This document shows, in pieces, positions 33,850 through 46,700 of a DNA stretch of 64,000 bases; the stretch's first letter is position 1; every line of letters starts with the position of its first letter. The notes beneath the pieces were generated by a model that saw nothing but the letters and a program-made list of their open reading frames with translations, did not search any database and was not told the origin of the DNA. The position numbers and the translations under genes were made by a program. Source of the DNA: Bugula neritina (lineage: Eukaryota > Animalia > Bryozoa); contig OZ037769.1 of the NCBI GenBank assembly GCA_964035545.1, positions 14,414,633 through 14,478,632 on the forward strand. Reading direction: 5' to 3'.

Positions 33850-34115
33850 CGGTGTCTGGTAAAAATGGCATCGGTAAAAATGGTACAGGTAATAATGACA
33901 CCGGTAATAAGGGCACAAATGGCAAAGTAGGTAAAAATGGCACATTTTCAATATTGCGGTTGGGGGTGGGGTTGGATGTTTAGAATGGGAGGTTTAGGTT
34001 TGGGAATGAGGGTTTGAGTTTGGGGAGATTTAACTCAGTGTGCCATTTTTTCTTATTTTTTATTTGTGCCATTATTACCTGTGCCATTTTTACTATGCCA
34101 TTTTACCTAAAACCG
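33850..34115. mobile_element. Foldback-type MITE with internally repetitive TIRs
   Basis: Left arm of ~15-bp GGTAAAAATGGCAC subunits; right arm of inverted TGCCATTTTTACC subunits; termini cggtgtctggtaaaa / ttttacctaaaaccg. Confidence 0.75.
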
Positions 34116-34796
34116 TGTAATTCAGTGAGTTATCTCCCTTGTCAAGCAAGCTATTTTTAGTGCTCTATAGACACAGGAATATTTTATGACATCAGCTAGG
34201 AGCCCATGTCATCCTTCCATATGAAAAAGTTCAGTTTATCTCAAAATATTCCAAATCTCAATATTGTTGTGGAAATCCTCGACGATTAATTGTGTGCCAT
34301 ATTTTCCTAAAAATTATAATATAGGTACTTTACTCATTTCACGAAGTTCTAAATTTCATAAATGCTTTATAAATGGCATAGAATGGTTTTTAATACTAAT
34401 TAAAAGCATTTTTGACCGAACTTCTGTACTGCCATTGTATAAAGGCTGACTATCAATATTCCAGTCTATATATACATGTCTCAGCAAAATTGAAAACATA
34501 CATTACAACTTAGCTTTTCAATCTTTGTTACTTGGTGTGTTTATCTTGGAACTGTAGTGTAAGTTGCTATATTTTTATAATCTGAGCGGAACTGCTAGTC
34601 TATGCTCACAGCTGGGGCAGGAACTCAAATTTCTATTTCATTGATAAAAAGTTTGCACACAGACAGCCAATATAACAACTACCTTGAAGCTGATTGGCTG
34701 ATTTCTCACTTAACAAATCTCATGCTGTTAGACTGTTAATTCATTTTATTAGAAACTCTTAGCCTTGGCAGTCTTCTCTACCGACCAGCTGTAACA

Positions 34797-37700
34797 ATGG
34801 GCTTCCATCTATCTTTTGTGTCTCTCTTTACCACCTTCCAGGTTAGTTATATGTTTCACTTATTCTAGTTGTGCTAGTTGTGTAAAGTATTGTTTTCATA
34901 GTACGTTTTGCCCTGTATTGTTTCTTATTTATTTTTGTCTTGCTACAAAACATTTAATCAGCTGTTAATTTGCATATTGTAGCTGCATATTTAGTGCAAC
35001 ATGAATGACATAACGTGCTATATTTACCAATCTAAGACTTACTCTTTATACCCTATTGTATGGCAGTATATAATTATATTACATAGTGTTATATGTTCAT
35101 TGCATTGCATTACTGCTAAATAGTACTACAATATTTACATTAGAAATTATAGTAGCGTCTTATGCTGAATGTCCTATGAGCTGTGGGTAATTTGGTGTGT
35201 GCACAAGTTCAAGTACGTAAATCACTGTAATATAATGTAATGTATTACTACTGCGTGGGGCTCATCACTAATTGATATTCAATATAATATGCATTGCACT
35301 GCAGCAGCAAACAGCGCATTTAGCTGTAGTTCAATGCAGATTTATATACTAAAACTAGGGTGTCTTTGCAACCCTCCCAACTTTTACATCACCATCTTGA
35401 TTGCAGTCAGAAGTATGCTCTTTGTGAATTTGCAGCACATTTTTAGTCCTTTCAAATCCAGGGTCTTTCAACACAAGTTGGTCTTCTTCAGTAACTGGAT
35501 CACATATGTATTGAATTATTAGTTTATTGCCCTAATTGTAGTTCATATTCATAAAACATTATCAAGTGATAAGGCCAATGATGTTTTTTCTCATATCAGT
35601 TTTTCGAACGATGGCAGAATTTTGAGGTAAAATCGGTATATTGGGCATTACGTATGTTCCTGACGTAAGCTGTAATATTCTGCAACTTTATTGATGTGTT
35701 TATTAATACCTGACACCTTTATGGGAGAGGGTGTTCAGCACCCCTCCACAAAACCATTAGTTTGCTTGTAATAAAAGTTATTTTGTTTTTCAGGTCATAA
35801 TGGGTTATACGGATATCTTGCCAATGTTACCAGAAAATATTAGATCTACATTAGTGTTACCAGGTAAACTTCTTTCACTAACTTTGGGTATCACTGGTGA
35901 AGCTTGTTCAGTGATAAGAGTAATAAATATCATTCAGAGATATTTCTGCAGAAAGTAGCACTTACTACTACTAACTGTGTATTATATACACCTATGATAG
36001 TTATGCAATAAGTAAAAAATAATGAAATTAAGAATTAACAGTTACTGCTTCTTCCAGTAAACTTGTATGTATAGACAGCAAGTAATTATGAAAGCTTATC
36101 AGTGTAGTGAGAGTTTTTTCTTTCTTATCTACTGAGAAATGAATTATGTTTTAAACAATAGTGCGTTGTTTTATGTTGATATTAAAGACAGATACAGTAT
36201 TGAGGGATTCAGATTTGATCCAATGTATAAACACCAGTCACTGCTAGATAACACTAATCTACCGCTTGTCCACCCGTAACCTACGCTTCACAACGATAGT
36301 GTGGCACCCAACTGCAACAATAAAACCACGTTTCCATGTCACTGGCGGTTGTTTGATGTCATGGGTCACTGGGTCTAGGTAAACTTGGTGTTTGCTGCAA
36401 CCGAAATGTGAACTGTAGTGGCTGCAGGGGTACTGCACCACCAAACTATTTGCAAAAATTTCGATGAAAAGCAAGCTCAGTTCAACTTTGTGGTGCCTGC
36501 TGAACAAAATTTGTTTTTGAGTCTTCTTTTAGAGCTGAAAGAAGTGCCATCTTTGCAAAATCCTAATATCTAAATGATGATAGCAGTTTTTAGTGAGAAT
36601 TTTTGGTTTTGAAGCTAAAATGGGTTGATTGAAAATATGCTCAGCTGGTTTTATTGAGACATCTTTCTTTGAAGACATGATGCTGGAAATAGCTTGGGTT
36701 CTAACTAATTTATGTGAAGAACATACTTGACAAAGTAATATTAACTAATAAGAAGTTCTATTTTAGTTCTGCAGGCTAATGTAATTAGAGTGGCATTAGC
36801 TCCCCCACGAGCTGCCTCTAATCGCTGCCTAGGGGATAAGTGCAGCTGGTTACACTTCACGTATCTACAGCTACCTGCTATTAGCAGCTGGCTGAATGAC
36901 TTAGAATAGAATGAATACTCGAACCAATTAAAAATATTTTTAAATTTTCGTTTCTTAGCAGCGTGGCGATAAAACAGGCTCAAAGTGACAACTCACTTCC
37001 GATGCAGTGCACAACTTACATAAGATTATATAAGCTGCATTGTTTTACTTTGTAAAGCGATTTTGTCGGAACTGTTTTTGTTCCTCTGGTCTGTCATTCA
37101 CTTAGTTTTGGATACTTTTTATGCGGCCTAAATTATTAGCAATGTCATGAAAAGAGTGTTGCAATTAGATCCGATATCATTTGAAAATTACTCCAAGATC
37201 AACATTGTTTTGTTTTTAAAAGGTTTAATCTATTTTCAATAGCAACGCAACTCAATTTACAGTCTTTTGTTTGCTGTGTGCATCACACAAAACAATCTAA
37301 GCATATTGGAACTCTACTTTCATGCGGTTACTCTGAAGCAATGTTATTTTAAACCAACTTGAGCTATAAACGCACTAATTTTTACAAGTTTATGATGTTG
37401 AAGCAAAATTATTTTTAATAAGTTTTTACTGTCAAAATTAATTTAAAGTTTAAAAGGCTCTTTCAGTGAAATGAAGTTGCAGATGACTTTTTAAAACCTG
37501 TTTTCTAATTTCCTAATGAATAAATTATAATTTCAATATACTTAAAAATGTTATTATTGGATACACTGCTGTGACTGCAAAAAGATAAAGCAAACTCTGC
37601 ATTGTATACAACTGGGATAGTCATTAGATATTTTGAAAAGCTTATCAATAATTGGTTAGAGTTTAAATATGCTGTACAAATATCTAACATATGTATAAGA

Positions 37701-40700
37701 TTATAGTAGAAACTGTAAACTAGATACTGGGTATAAGGTTATCTTAACTGAATATTGTGTTTAAGGCACTACGGGGCTGGGCCATTGTTCAGCTCATCTC
37801 AAACTATGGAAAGACAATAGCTGCAGCTACCCTTACATCTACATAATAGTAATTTAATATTCAAAAGCGAGGCATGCATGTATATCCGCACTTAAGACAA
37901 TGTAGGTAACAGCAGTAGATGCTCTTTATATCATACCTTTAGGCATAATGCATATAATACTTGTTATTGCATTTAGACTAAATTAATCCTAAATCAAATG
38001 TGTAATAATTGTAAGCTACAATGTTATATCATATTATATACTGTAATGTGATATACTAAACAGGTATAAAGTCATGTAAAATAATGCTTATTGCAATATG
38101 AAATTTTATATATTATAAGCTATAAAACTATTTCTGTAAATCATGTAAAGCTCAAATTCATTGTTTTATGATTGTGAAACATTGTAGATATATGCATTTT
38201 GTAGCATCTGTTAAAGTTATGAAGCTATTTTTTGTAGAAGATGGTCTTGTGCGGTTCTACTCAGTGACAAAGAGAGGGGGGCCTATAGAGACACCCGTCT
38301 TGCCATGGCAGCCCAGAAAAACATCAGCTAATAAAAAGTTTTATTTTAACATTGAGTCTGCTGAACGGGGTTTGATCTATCGAGTTAAACTGAAGAAAAA
38401 CCAAAATCTCTTTTCTCGCAAAGTCTCACAGAATCTCCAGAACCAGGATATGAACTGCCTGTTCTCCGGCACTATAGTTGGCGAAGAACAATCCACTGTT
38501 GGCATGAACTTGTGCACCGGAATGGTGAGTCAAGTTTCTTTTTTTATTACCAATATAAAACAGGAAGTTGGGATACTATGTAAAATTTATTACATCAGTT
38601 TAGATTTACAGCATTATCAACCATTATTTGAATCAAGGATTTGACATAAATCGAACTGCTTGTCATTTAATACAGTATTTAAAAGATATTATGTAATTGT
38701 CAACCTGTGAACAAAAAAAAATTAATTTTTTCATGGTTCCGAAATTTTGTGAGTGTATTGTTGTGTAGTTACTAAAATCAAGTCAAGTTGTGATTTATTT
38801 CCCTGTCTTTCTGTAGGCAAGTATTCTCAGTAGAAAAGACGGAGAATTCCTTCTGGAACCTTCCAGCAAGGACGAGCTGCATCGTCACGAGTGGCAGCTC
38901 ACTATGAAGAAGGCGCCAAAAGAAACACTCAGAGTTTCAGAAAAAGGTGATTACAAAATATTACTCTGGTGATTTTTTACTGCAATGTTTAATATTTTGG
39001 AAAGTTTAATCAGTATAAAATGTGACAATTTTCTGCTTTCAAATCTAGAAAAACTTGTCAATTGTTATAAAATCCTACAGATTTCTTTGCTTCTCTATAG
39101 GTTGATCAAGTTTCATGTACTGTTGTGTGCAGTTTGTATATCTGGTAATTTCAGGAGAGGCTGTGGCCGAAGTCTTGGACAGAGTGAAGAGATCAGTTCG
39201 CTCGACCTCTAGAACATCTCAGAAGAGAAACATTGAGATTCTCGTAGTCGCTGATAATGTCATGGTGAAAAAATATGGCACTGAAGAAGCGACCACCTAC
39301 ATACTTACTGTGATGAATATGGTACGTGTAGTGTATGTGCATACTTACTGTAAATGAACATGAAATAACTCATGGAAGTTCATAGTCACCACCCCTGATG
39401 GGAGGGACTTTTTTGTTAAATCGAGCTAAGGGCTTATTCAGATGAGGTACAGGAGTAATTATGACTGGATGCTCTTTCTTAACATCACCAATGGTCTTTA
39501 CTGGGGTTCAAACCCATGACTTAGTGCTTACTAGGCAAACACTCTAACCCCTAGACCACGGCTGCTCTCTCTAATCAATGTAGTAAGTGTGATGTATGTA
39601 CATACTTACTGTAAATTAACCTAACCCAAAGGTAACTGTACTTTAAACCAGCACACAGGTCTGTTTATTGCCCATGATTCACATCTATCTCCCCACATAC
39701 CTTGTATTCAAGGACTTCAAACAAACTAACTGTTTTATTGATGACAGAGTTTACACTTTGTAGTAATATAATTACTATTATTGGTTTATAAATACGACCC
39801 AAAGTTCTCCATTTACACAGTTGGTTTACTTTATTAGACACGGCTTTGCAGAGTTGTTACAATTAGCTTTCCTAAACTATTTAAGGCTATTGCTCCAGTG
39901 TGATTTATCTAATAATATGGTCGTCTGCAACTTTTACTACTTCCTGTCATGTGACAGGCTTTCTGGAACTTTCTTGTAAAGGATTTCTGGTTTATATTCT
40001 GTCATATGAAAATATATTGTTAACTGCTTAGTGTTAAACATCCTATTTTTGAAGGGCATTAAAATAACTTTATTTTGTTTAAATAAAATTCTATTAATTC
40101 AAATTTTTATTAGATAATTACAGCGATGGTTTACACTAATAAACATAGACAAGTGCTATTTTAATTAAAAAATACAAATTCAATTGCAATGCAATACATC
40201 TCAAATTCCATACAATTTCATTACTAGTAGAAATCCTATTAGTTTAGTAACTATATATGCCAGAGTGGTTGGTTTAACAACATCTGGAACCTATTTGCTG
40301 CGTGTGCCTGCACTGTGGACTCTATTCTACTGTAACATAATGCCATCTGTCTAATTTTTTGTGAGCTACATCCTGCAGTGGCAAATAAGTTGAAGCAGTG
40401 GAAATAAATAAGTGCCTGTAAATAGAGACGGAGTTATGTGGCATATATTTATGAGCAAAAATTAAATTAAGGCATTCAATTTTAAATTTCTAATTTTAAA
40501 TTTTTCGTTATTAGATTAAAGTTTATTTTTAGCATCTACTTGCATTCCTGTTAGTTTAGTAGTTCACCCACTGCTAACATGGCTTTGGGCCCTCATTCGA
40601 ACATTTATTTTTATTGCCTAATCGCTAACTATTGTTGCTGAAAAGTCAAATTGTTCCCTGATTTTGTATTCTATTTGTTCACAACTTCTCTTATGCAATT

Positions 40701-43700
40701 TGTTTCAAAATCAGTCATTTGTTTGCTGAACGTAAACCTGCTAAGAATTACGCTGCTAAGTGAATATCAACAGCGTAAAGTCAGCGCCTTAATTGCTGCC
40801 AGTTCTGTGAACTCACTCCTAGTGCTTTTAGCACACTTCGTCCTTCAGCTAAATTACTGCAAGGTGACATAATTATCTTGAATTGGTTTATGAAAGACTT
40901 TAAATAAATCATGTGCAGCTGTAAGTGTTGCAGACTGAAATTCCTTAACAGCATTTCAAGTTATGAAAAGGGTAACAAATTGTGATTTCAATTCCGTTGC
41001 TAATATATAGCATGACTGAAAACTTTGCTTTCAGAGCTGGTTGTTATTTTGTTCTAAATGTATTGTGTCTGCAGCTGTTTTCAGATCTTGTGTGTAGCTG
41101 TATGTCACTTGTGAAACCTACTTCGTAAAATATTCGCCTGTACCATATCTTAATTTACCTGCAACACATCTTAATTTACCTGCAACACATCTTAATTTAC
41201 CTGCAACATATCTTTATTCATACTAATTCACCTGTAACATGCTAGTTTCTTACCAACTCTAGAAAGACCCCTCTGAAGTCCACAGGAGTAACTAACCTAG
41301 TTATAAACCATTCTATGCTCAGGAAAAACTTAAAAACCACAATTTTTCTCTCAAAAAGCTGTGAAATTCACATCTCCAGCATATTTCCTATAGCAATGTT
41401 ACAGGGGAGGGCTCAAAGCATGAGCTATTGTTTGTGTTTGCTAAATATTGTAAAGCTCTGTTGTTTGCACAGGACATTATAGCAACCTGACAAATTTGTG
41501 AATGGATAATTCTTTTCACTTTTTGTTAACAAATTACTTGAAAGTCTTTTAAAATATTCGTTTCTTCTAGCCTACTAACATGGCCTCAAGGTAAACAAAT
41601 TTCAATGGAACGGAAATTTGTGTAACACACAATTTTGTTTAGAATAATTACATAACAGAAAACTTTTGCTGTCAGCATCCCACAAACTTTCTAAAGTTAT
41701 TTAATGCTTTGTTATTTGAACAAATCTATCAGTATTTTTACTTCTGAAGGCCTTTTGTACAGATCATGAATATTCAGCTATTATCTATTTTGTTAAACTC
41801 TTTTGATTAGCACATGATAAACATGGCATAAATAATATCAAGTGTATACTTTTACGGAACTTTGTATATTATAGCAAGGCAGTTTAATTTTATGTATTGT
41901 AGGGAATTTTTTATTACTTTTTAACAGTTAAACTTATATTTGCAGGTGTCAAGTTTGTTTAAAGATAAGAGTTTGTCTGTAGACATCAACATTGTACTGG
42001 CTGGACTCATGTTTCTCAAAGGAAATGAAGTGAGTGCAGCTGTGATGTCATAAGAGTAGGCGGAGCTTGCTTCACTACTCAATTAAGTTGGCAGTTTTTG
42101 ATTTTGTTTTAATTTTAAATTTACTTTGGATTTATAATAAAATTTTAAATTAGTTATTTATTTAATAAAATTTCATTAAATTTAAAAGTGTAGATTTATT
42201 TACAGCTAGCTTTTGCTCTAACTCATCTTCACATTTTTCATGACTCAACATCTTGTGGCTATGATATTATATTATACTATATTTTTTATTTTATATTATA
42301 TTATACTGTATTATATTATACTATATATTATTATATTATATTATACTGTATTATATTATACTATATTATATTATACTATATATTATTATAATATATTATC
42401 TTTCAATATATTATTCTATATATTACATTATATTATTAGACTGGATTCACGATTGGGCACAGGGCCGATGAAACTCTCAACAATTTCTGCAAGTGGCAAG
42501 CATCTCTAAAGGACGAGATACATCATGATCATGCGCTGCTCATGACTGGAGTAGACATCTGTGTGGACAGCGACTCTCCCTGCGATACCATTGGTCAGTC
42601 GAGTCAGCATATTTTAACTTCCTGCATATTGAAAAAATATTTCTAAATAGTAGAGTTGCATTTCCTGTATCGTTTATTTTTTTGATCTGCATATCGGTAA
42701 ATACATTCTAAATAATTATATTTTAAATTTTGTTTGTTGGGTTATGATCTGTCGGTGCCGTTTAGGTTACGCCCCGATTAGAGGAATGTGTAGCTCTACC
42801 AGAAGTTGTACTGTCAATGAAGATCGTGGTCTTGGAGTTGCCTTCACTATTGCCCACGAGATCGGCCACAAGTGAGTCAAACTTTTTTACCTCCAAGCCT
42901 AAAGTTTTTCAAATAATAATCTCATGGTTTTAAGTGTATCTCGATATAGCATTGAGATATTCAATAAGTTTTAAAGTAGTGTTTAAGGTAGAGTTTATCA
43001 CACTATTAATTCACTTGCATTGAAACAATCATCCTAAATATAGATTGAAAATTGCCTCAAAATTCATTTTTTTATCAGTAATTAGCGTTTAACTTTCTAA
43101 TTATTGGTGTTCCCACCGATTGTTTGCCATATTTACTTCTCTGCCCAAGTTCCATAATCACTACGGGCAGGCGGGGTACCCCCTTCCTAACTTAGTGTAA
43201 ACTCAGGCATGCGGTTGTTAATTTACGTGCATCAAATGTTAGGTATTGATATCAGATGGGATAATTTAATATTTCTCACGGAGGGAGAGCTAATTGTAGC
43301 AGTTGGAATCAGGTGCTACAGGCTTTGATTACCGACTATCAATTATATTGAACCATCAACTGATAGAAGCTGTATTTACAAACACCCTGCATGCACCTGA
43401 TCACTTAAATAATTAAATGTAACACATTCTTGTTTGCATACCCTTCGGTTGATAAGATATTCCGAGAGAGAGAGAGATAAACTTCCTTTCTCTTTTTTCA
43501 TTTAACTTCCTATCACTCCTGTATCTTAATATCTTGCAATGCCGTGGTCGTGTTGTTAAGTAGTTTGAAATTCTGGTGTTTCAGAAAATTATCAACTTTG
43601 CTCCTAGTCAACAACTGCATTTAAATTGCTTTTGCAAACATCAAATTTAGTTGTTGAAAAAATTCTATTTATAAAATAGAAATTGTTATTTCACTTAATT

Positions 43701-46700
43701 TGCTCAACTGGGCTGGACCTACTTGAACAATATTTTTGCTAAAACTGCTGTTCATAGAAAACAATAAAGATTCCCAACTAACCTAAAAATTTATAGCTGA
43801 AGAAAAAATAAATTTAAATTAACATTTGATAGTACATGTTATAGTGCGGGTTAGATAGCATTCATTGATTCAAATACTTGTAGTATTTCTAGTCAATATG
43901 TACATATTGAGTACAGAGTCTTGTTTTCAAAATCATTTTTACACGACTTACACGTGACTATCTCTCTTCAGCCAAGGTTTAACCTTCTTGTATATAAACT
44001 AAGAGGAAAGTGGTTGAAGAATAATCAAGGCACTTTGGATTGTTGCCCAGATCAGCGGTGGTTTGCCTCAACAATCGCTGCCTCTTACATCATCGCTGAC
44101 CTAATTACTTTCAGTAGCTCCACTTTTCCAACTTTCATACTGTGAATATAACATGTTTGTAGGTACATAGCAGCAGAAATCTATTGTGTATTACATAATT
44201 ACTTTATGCGTAATCATGTGATGTATAATTCTAGCCTAGGAATGGTGCATGACGGGGCGCCTAACAACTGCACCCGAGAAGGGAGTATAATGGGCTCATC
44301 CCTGGCTACAGATACCGGAACTTTCTTCTGGTCAAAGTGCAATCAGCGGCAGCTCGACAGCTTCTTAGCGTAAGTTCATCTTCGACCAAGATCCTAACTT
44401 TATTGTATTTTTTTTAGCTGCGTGCTTGCTTTGTGTAATTAGTATTAAAAGCTATTTCTTCTATCATGGGCTACCTGCCTTACTGGAAATGAATTTGTTG
44501 GTGGAGCTGAAGCTAGGTTCTCTCAATTGTTGTATATCCTCCCACGTTGGGCAGCTGCCGGGAATTCCTGATGCTGACATCATCAACTTTATTGTTTCCA
44601 TTCTTTTCAACTCTCACTAAGCCGTTCTTTGGTTGTTGAGAAGCGTCTTAACTTCACTGCTTCAAATTTTTTTATTTTTCAATTTTTTGCTCCAAGATCT
44701 TAATTAAACTTTTAATTTTGAGTATGATTCATTTGCTATAAAGTTGCACATAATGGAATTTACTAAAAGAATGAATTATACTGAGCTATGAAATTACTGT
44801 GACTTACAACATAAGTTAACTCATTTCATATACCAACACAAATTACTTAACAAAATCCTCATTTTTTCACATGTTTCAAGGTATGTTAATTGAATTATTA
44901 TTATTCACTCTGCACTCTTGCTCATTTCTGAACTGCTGACCCAAGTATCGTTGCCAAAATGTAACGAGAATATATTATTGTAATGTTGTTGTTTGTTGTA
45001 ATTGGGTGTAGAATGTTTGCTTTGCACTGCTTCAATTATGATACGTCAGCTGGAATTTATTAAATTATCTCAACATTTGCATCTCAGTGCAAAAAACTGT
45101 TACATGCATTAATTGTAATAGGTGCAATGAGCATGCATTACCTGTTGTAAGTGTAAGTCAGTTTGAATGTATGTTAGCTGTGATTTATAGATGCAACTTT
45201 CTCTTAGTTATATATTCAGTAATATCAGAGGTAGGTGCAATAACGGAGAAATTGAGAAAAGCCTGTGTTCTAGGTTAGAAATGTAGGATGAAAAGTTATG
45301 TTCTTGCGAGAATTTCAACCCTCGCCCAAACCAAAGTTTAATAATAAAATTAAAGAACTTAGGCTATCTGAATTTCTCTACTACTGCTTCTAAATGGTTT
45401 ATATGCATTTCAGGTAGTATTCTTACTAGACTCTATACGCAATTTTTTTAATTTTGACAAAATTGAAAAGTTAAAGAAATAAACATTACAGTCACTCATG
45501 TTAAATCTTTGACCACCATTATACGATACGATTGTTCCATCACAGCCTGAGTGCCAACTACACCCTTACCATACGTGTAGCTGCTCTGCGTTGTATTGCA
45601 GGAGTCCCCAGGCTAACTGTTTGCTGGAGGAGGCCCCAGTCAAGTCTGAGATGTACAATATGAGTATCCAAGATCTACCTGGACAAGTGTACAACGCCGA
45701 CCAGCAGTGTAAGCATATCTACGGAGACCATGCCTCCACCTGCCAGTTCCAACTCTCTAATGTGAGTCATTTCTAGCTGTCTAAATTAAGTAAGAGTAGA
45801 TATGTTTTACTTACTTCTAATGTGCTTAGTATACAGGATAATGTTAAACCAGGAGCGTTTTCAGCATGTTTCAACTTATGACACCTAACGTAGCAATGAA
45901 TGGTAATGGGTAATTTTACTTAATTTAGTACGCGCTCCATATCTCTAATTTTTGGTATTTTGTTTCAATTTAGCTGCTAATATATATGGGTTTTTGCCTA
46001 AAACTAATAGCATATCAATAAATACAACTAAATAATTCAAGTTTTTTTTCTAATTTTGCTTTATTTTCTATGTTTTTTCCAATTAATCATACACTACATC
46101 TGGTGTGGTGAGCAAACCTGTGAAATGAGTTCTTCGTACAGGCTGAACTACTTACTAGTTGTTGTATGTTAGTCTCGATGTTCTGTAGAATCAGGAGGCA
46201 GACATATGCAGATACTTATGGTGTTACGTCGGAGGTATGAGGTGTGAAACCAAGTTCCTACCTGCTGCCGAGGGTACACCTTGCGATGATAACAAGGTCA
46301 GCTTCAGTCAGCTTTTCTGTCTGTCTGTTTGTAAACATCTAAACCTTTATTAAATATTATTTAGAGACTAAGTGTGTGTTACAGTGGTGTAGGTACTAAG
46401 TGTGTGTTACAGTGGTGTAGATACTAAGTGTGTGTTACAGTGGTGTAGGTACTAAGTGTGTGTTACAGTGGTGTAGACAAGGGGAATGTATCCCGGTAGA
46501 TAAAGAGACCCCGGAGCCAATAGATGGCGGCTGGGATGAGTGGTCTGATTGGACGGAATGCACTCGGACATGTGGGGGTGGAGTCCAAACTCGTCTTAGA
46601 CTGTGCACCAGCCCAAGGTCAGTTGTTTGTCACACCAACTGCCGGTTTCCATGGTGACAAAATAAACATCTTGTGATGAAGAGCTGGTGTAAAACACACT

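Noticed and set aside
33792-33983. Gly/Asn/Lys-rich 63-aa ORF
   Set aside because: Translation of the 15-bp MITE subunits.
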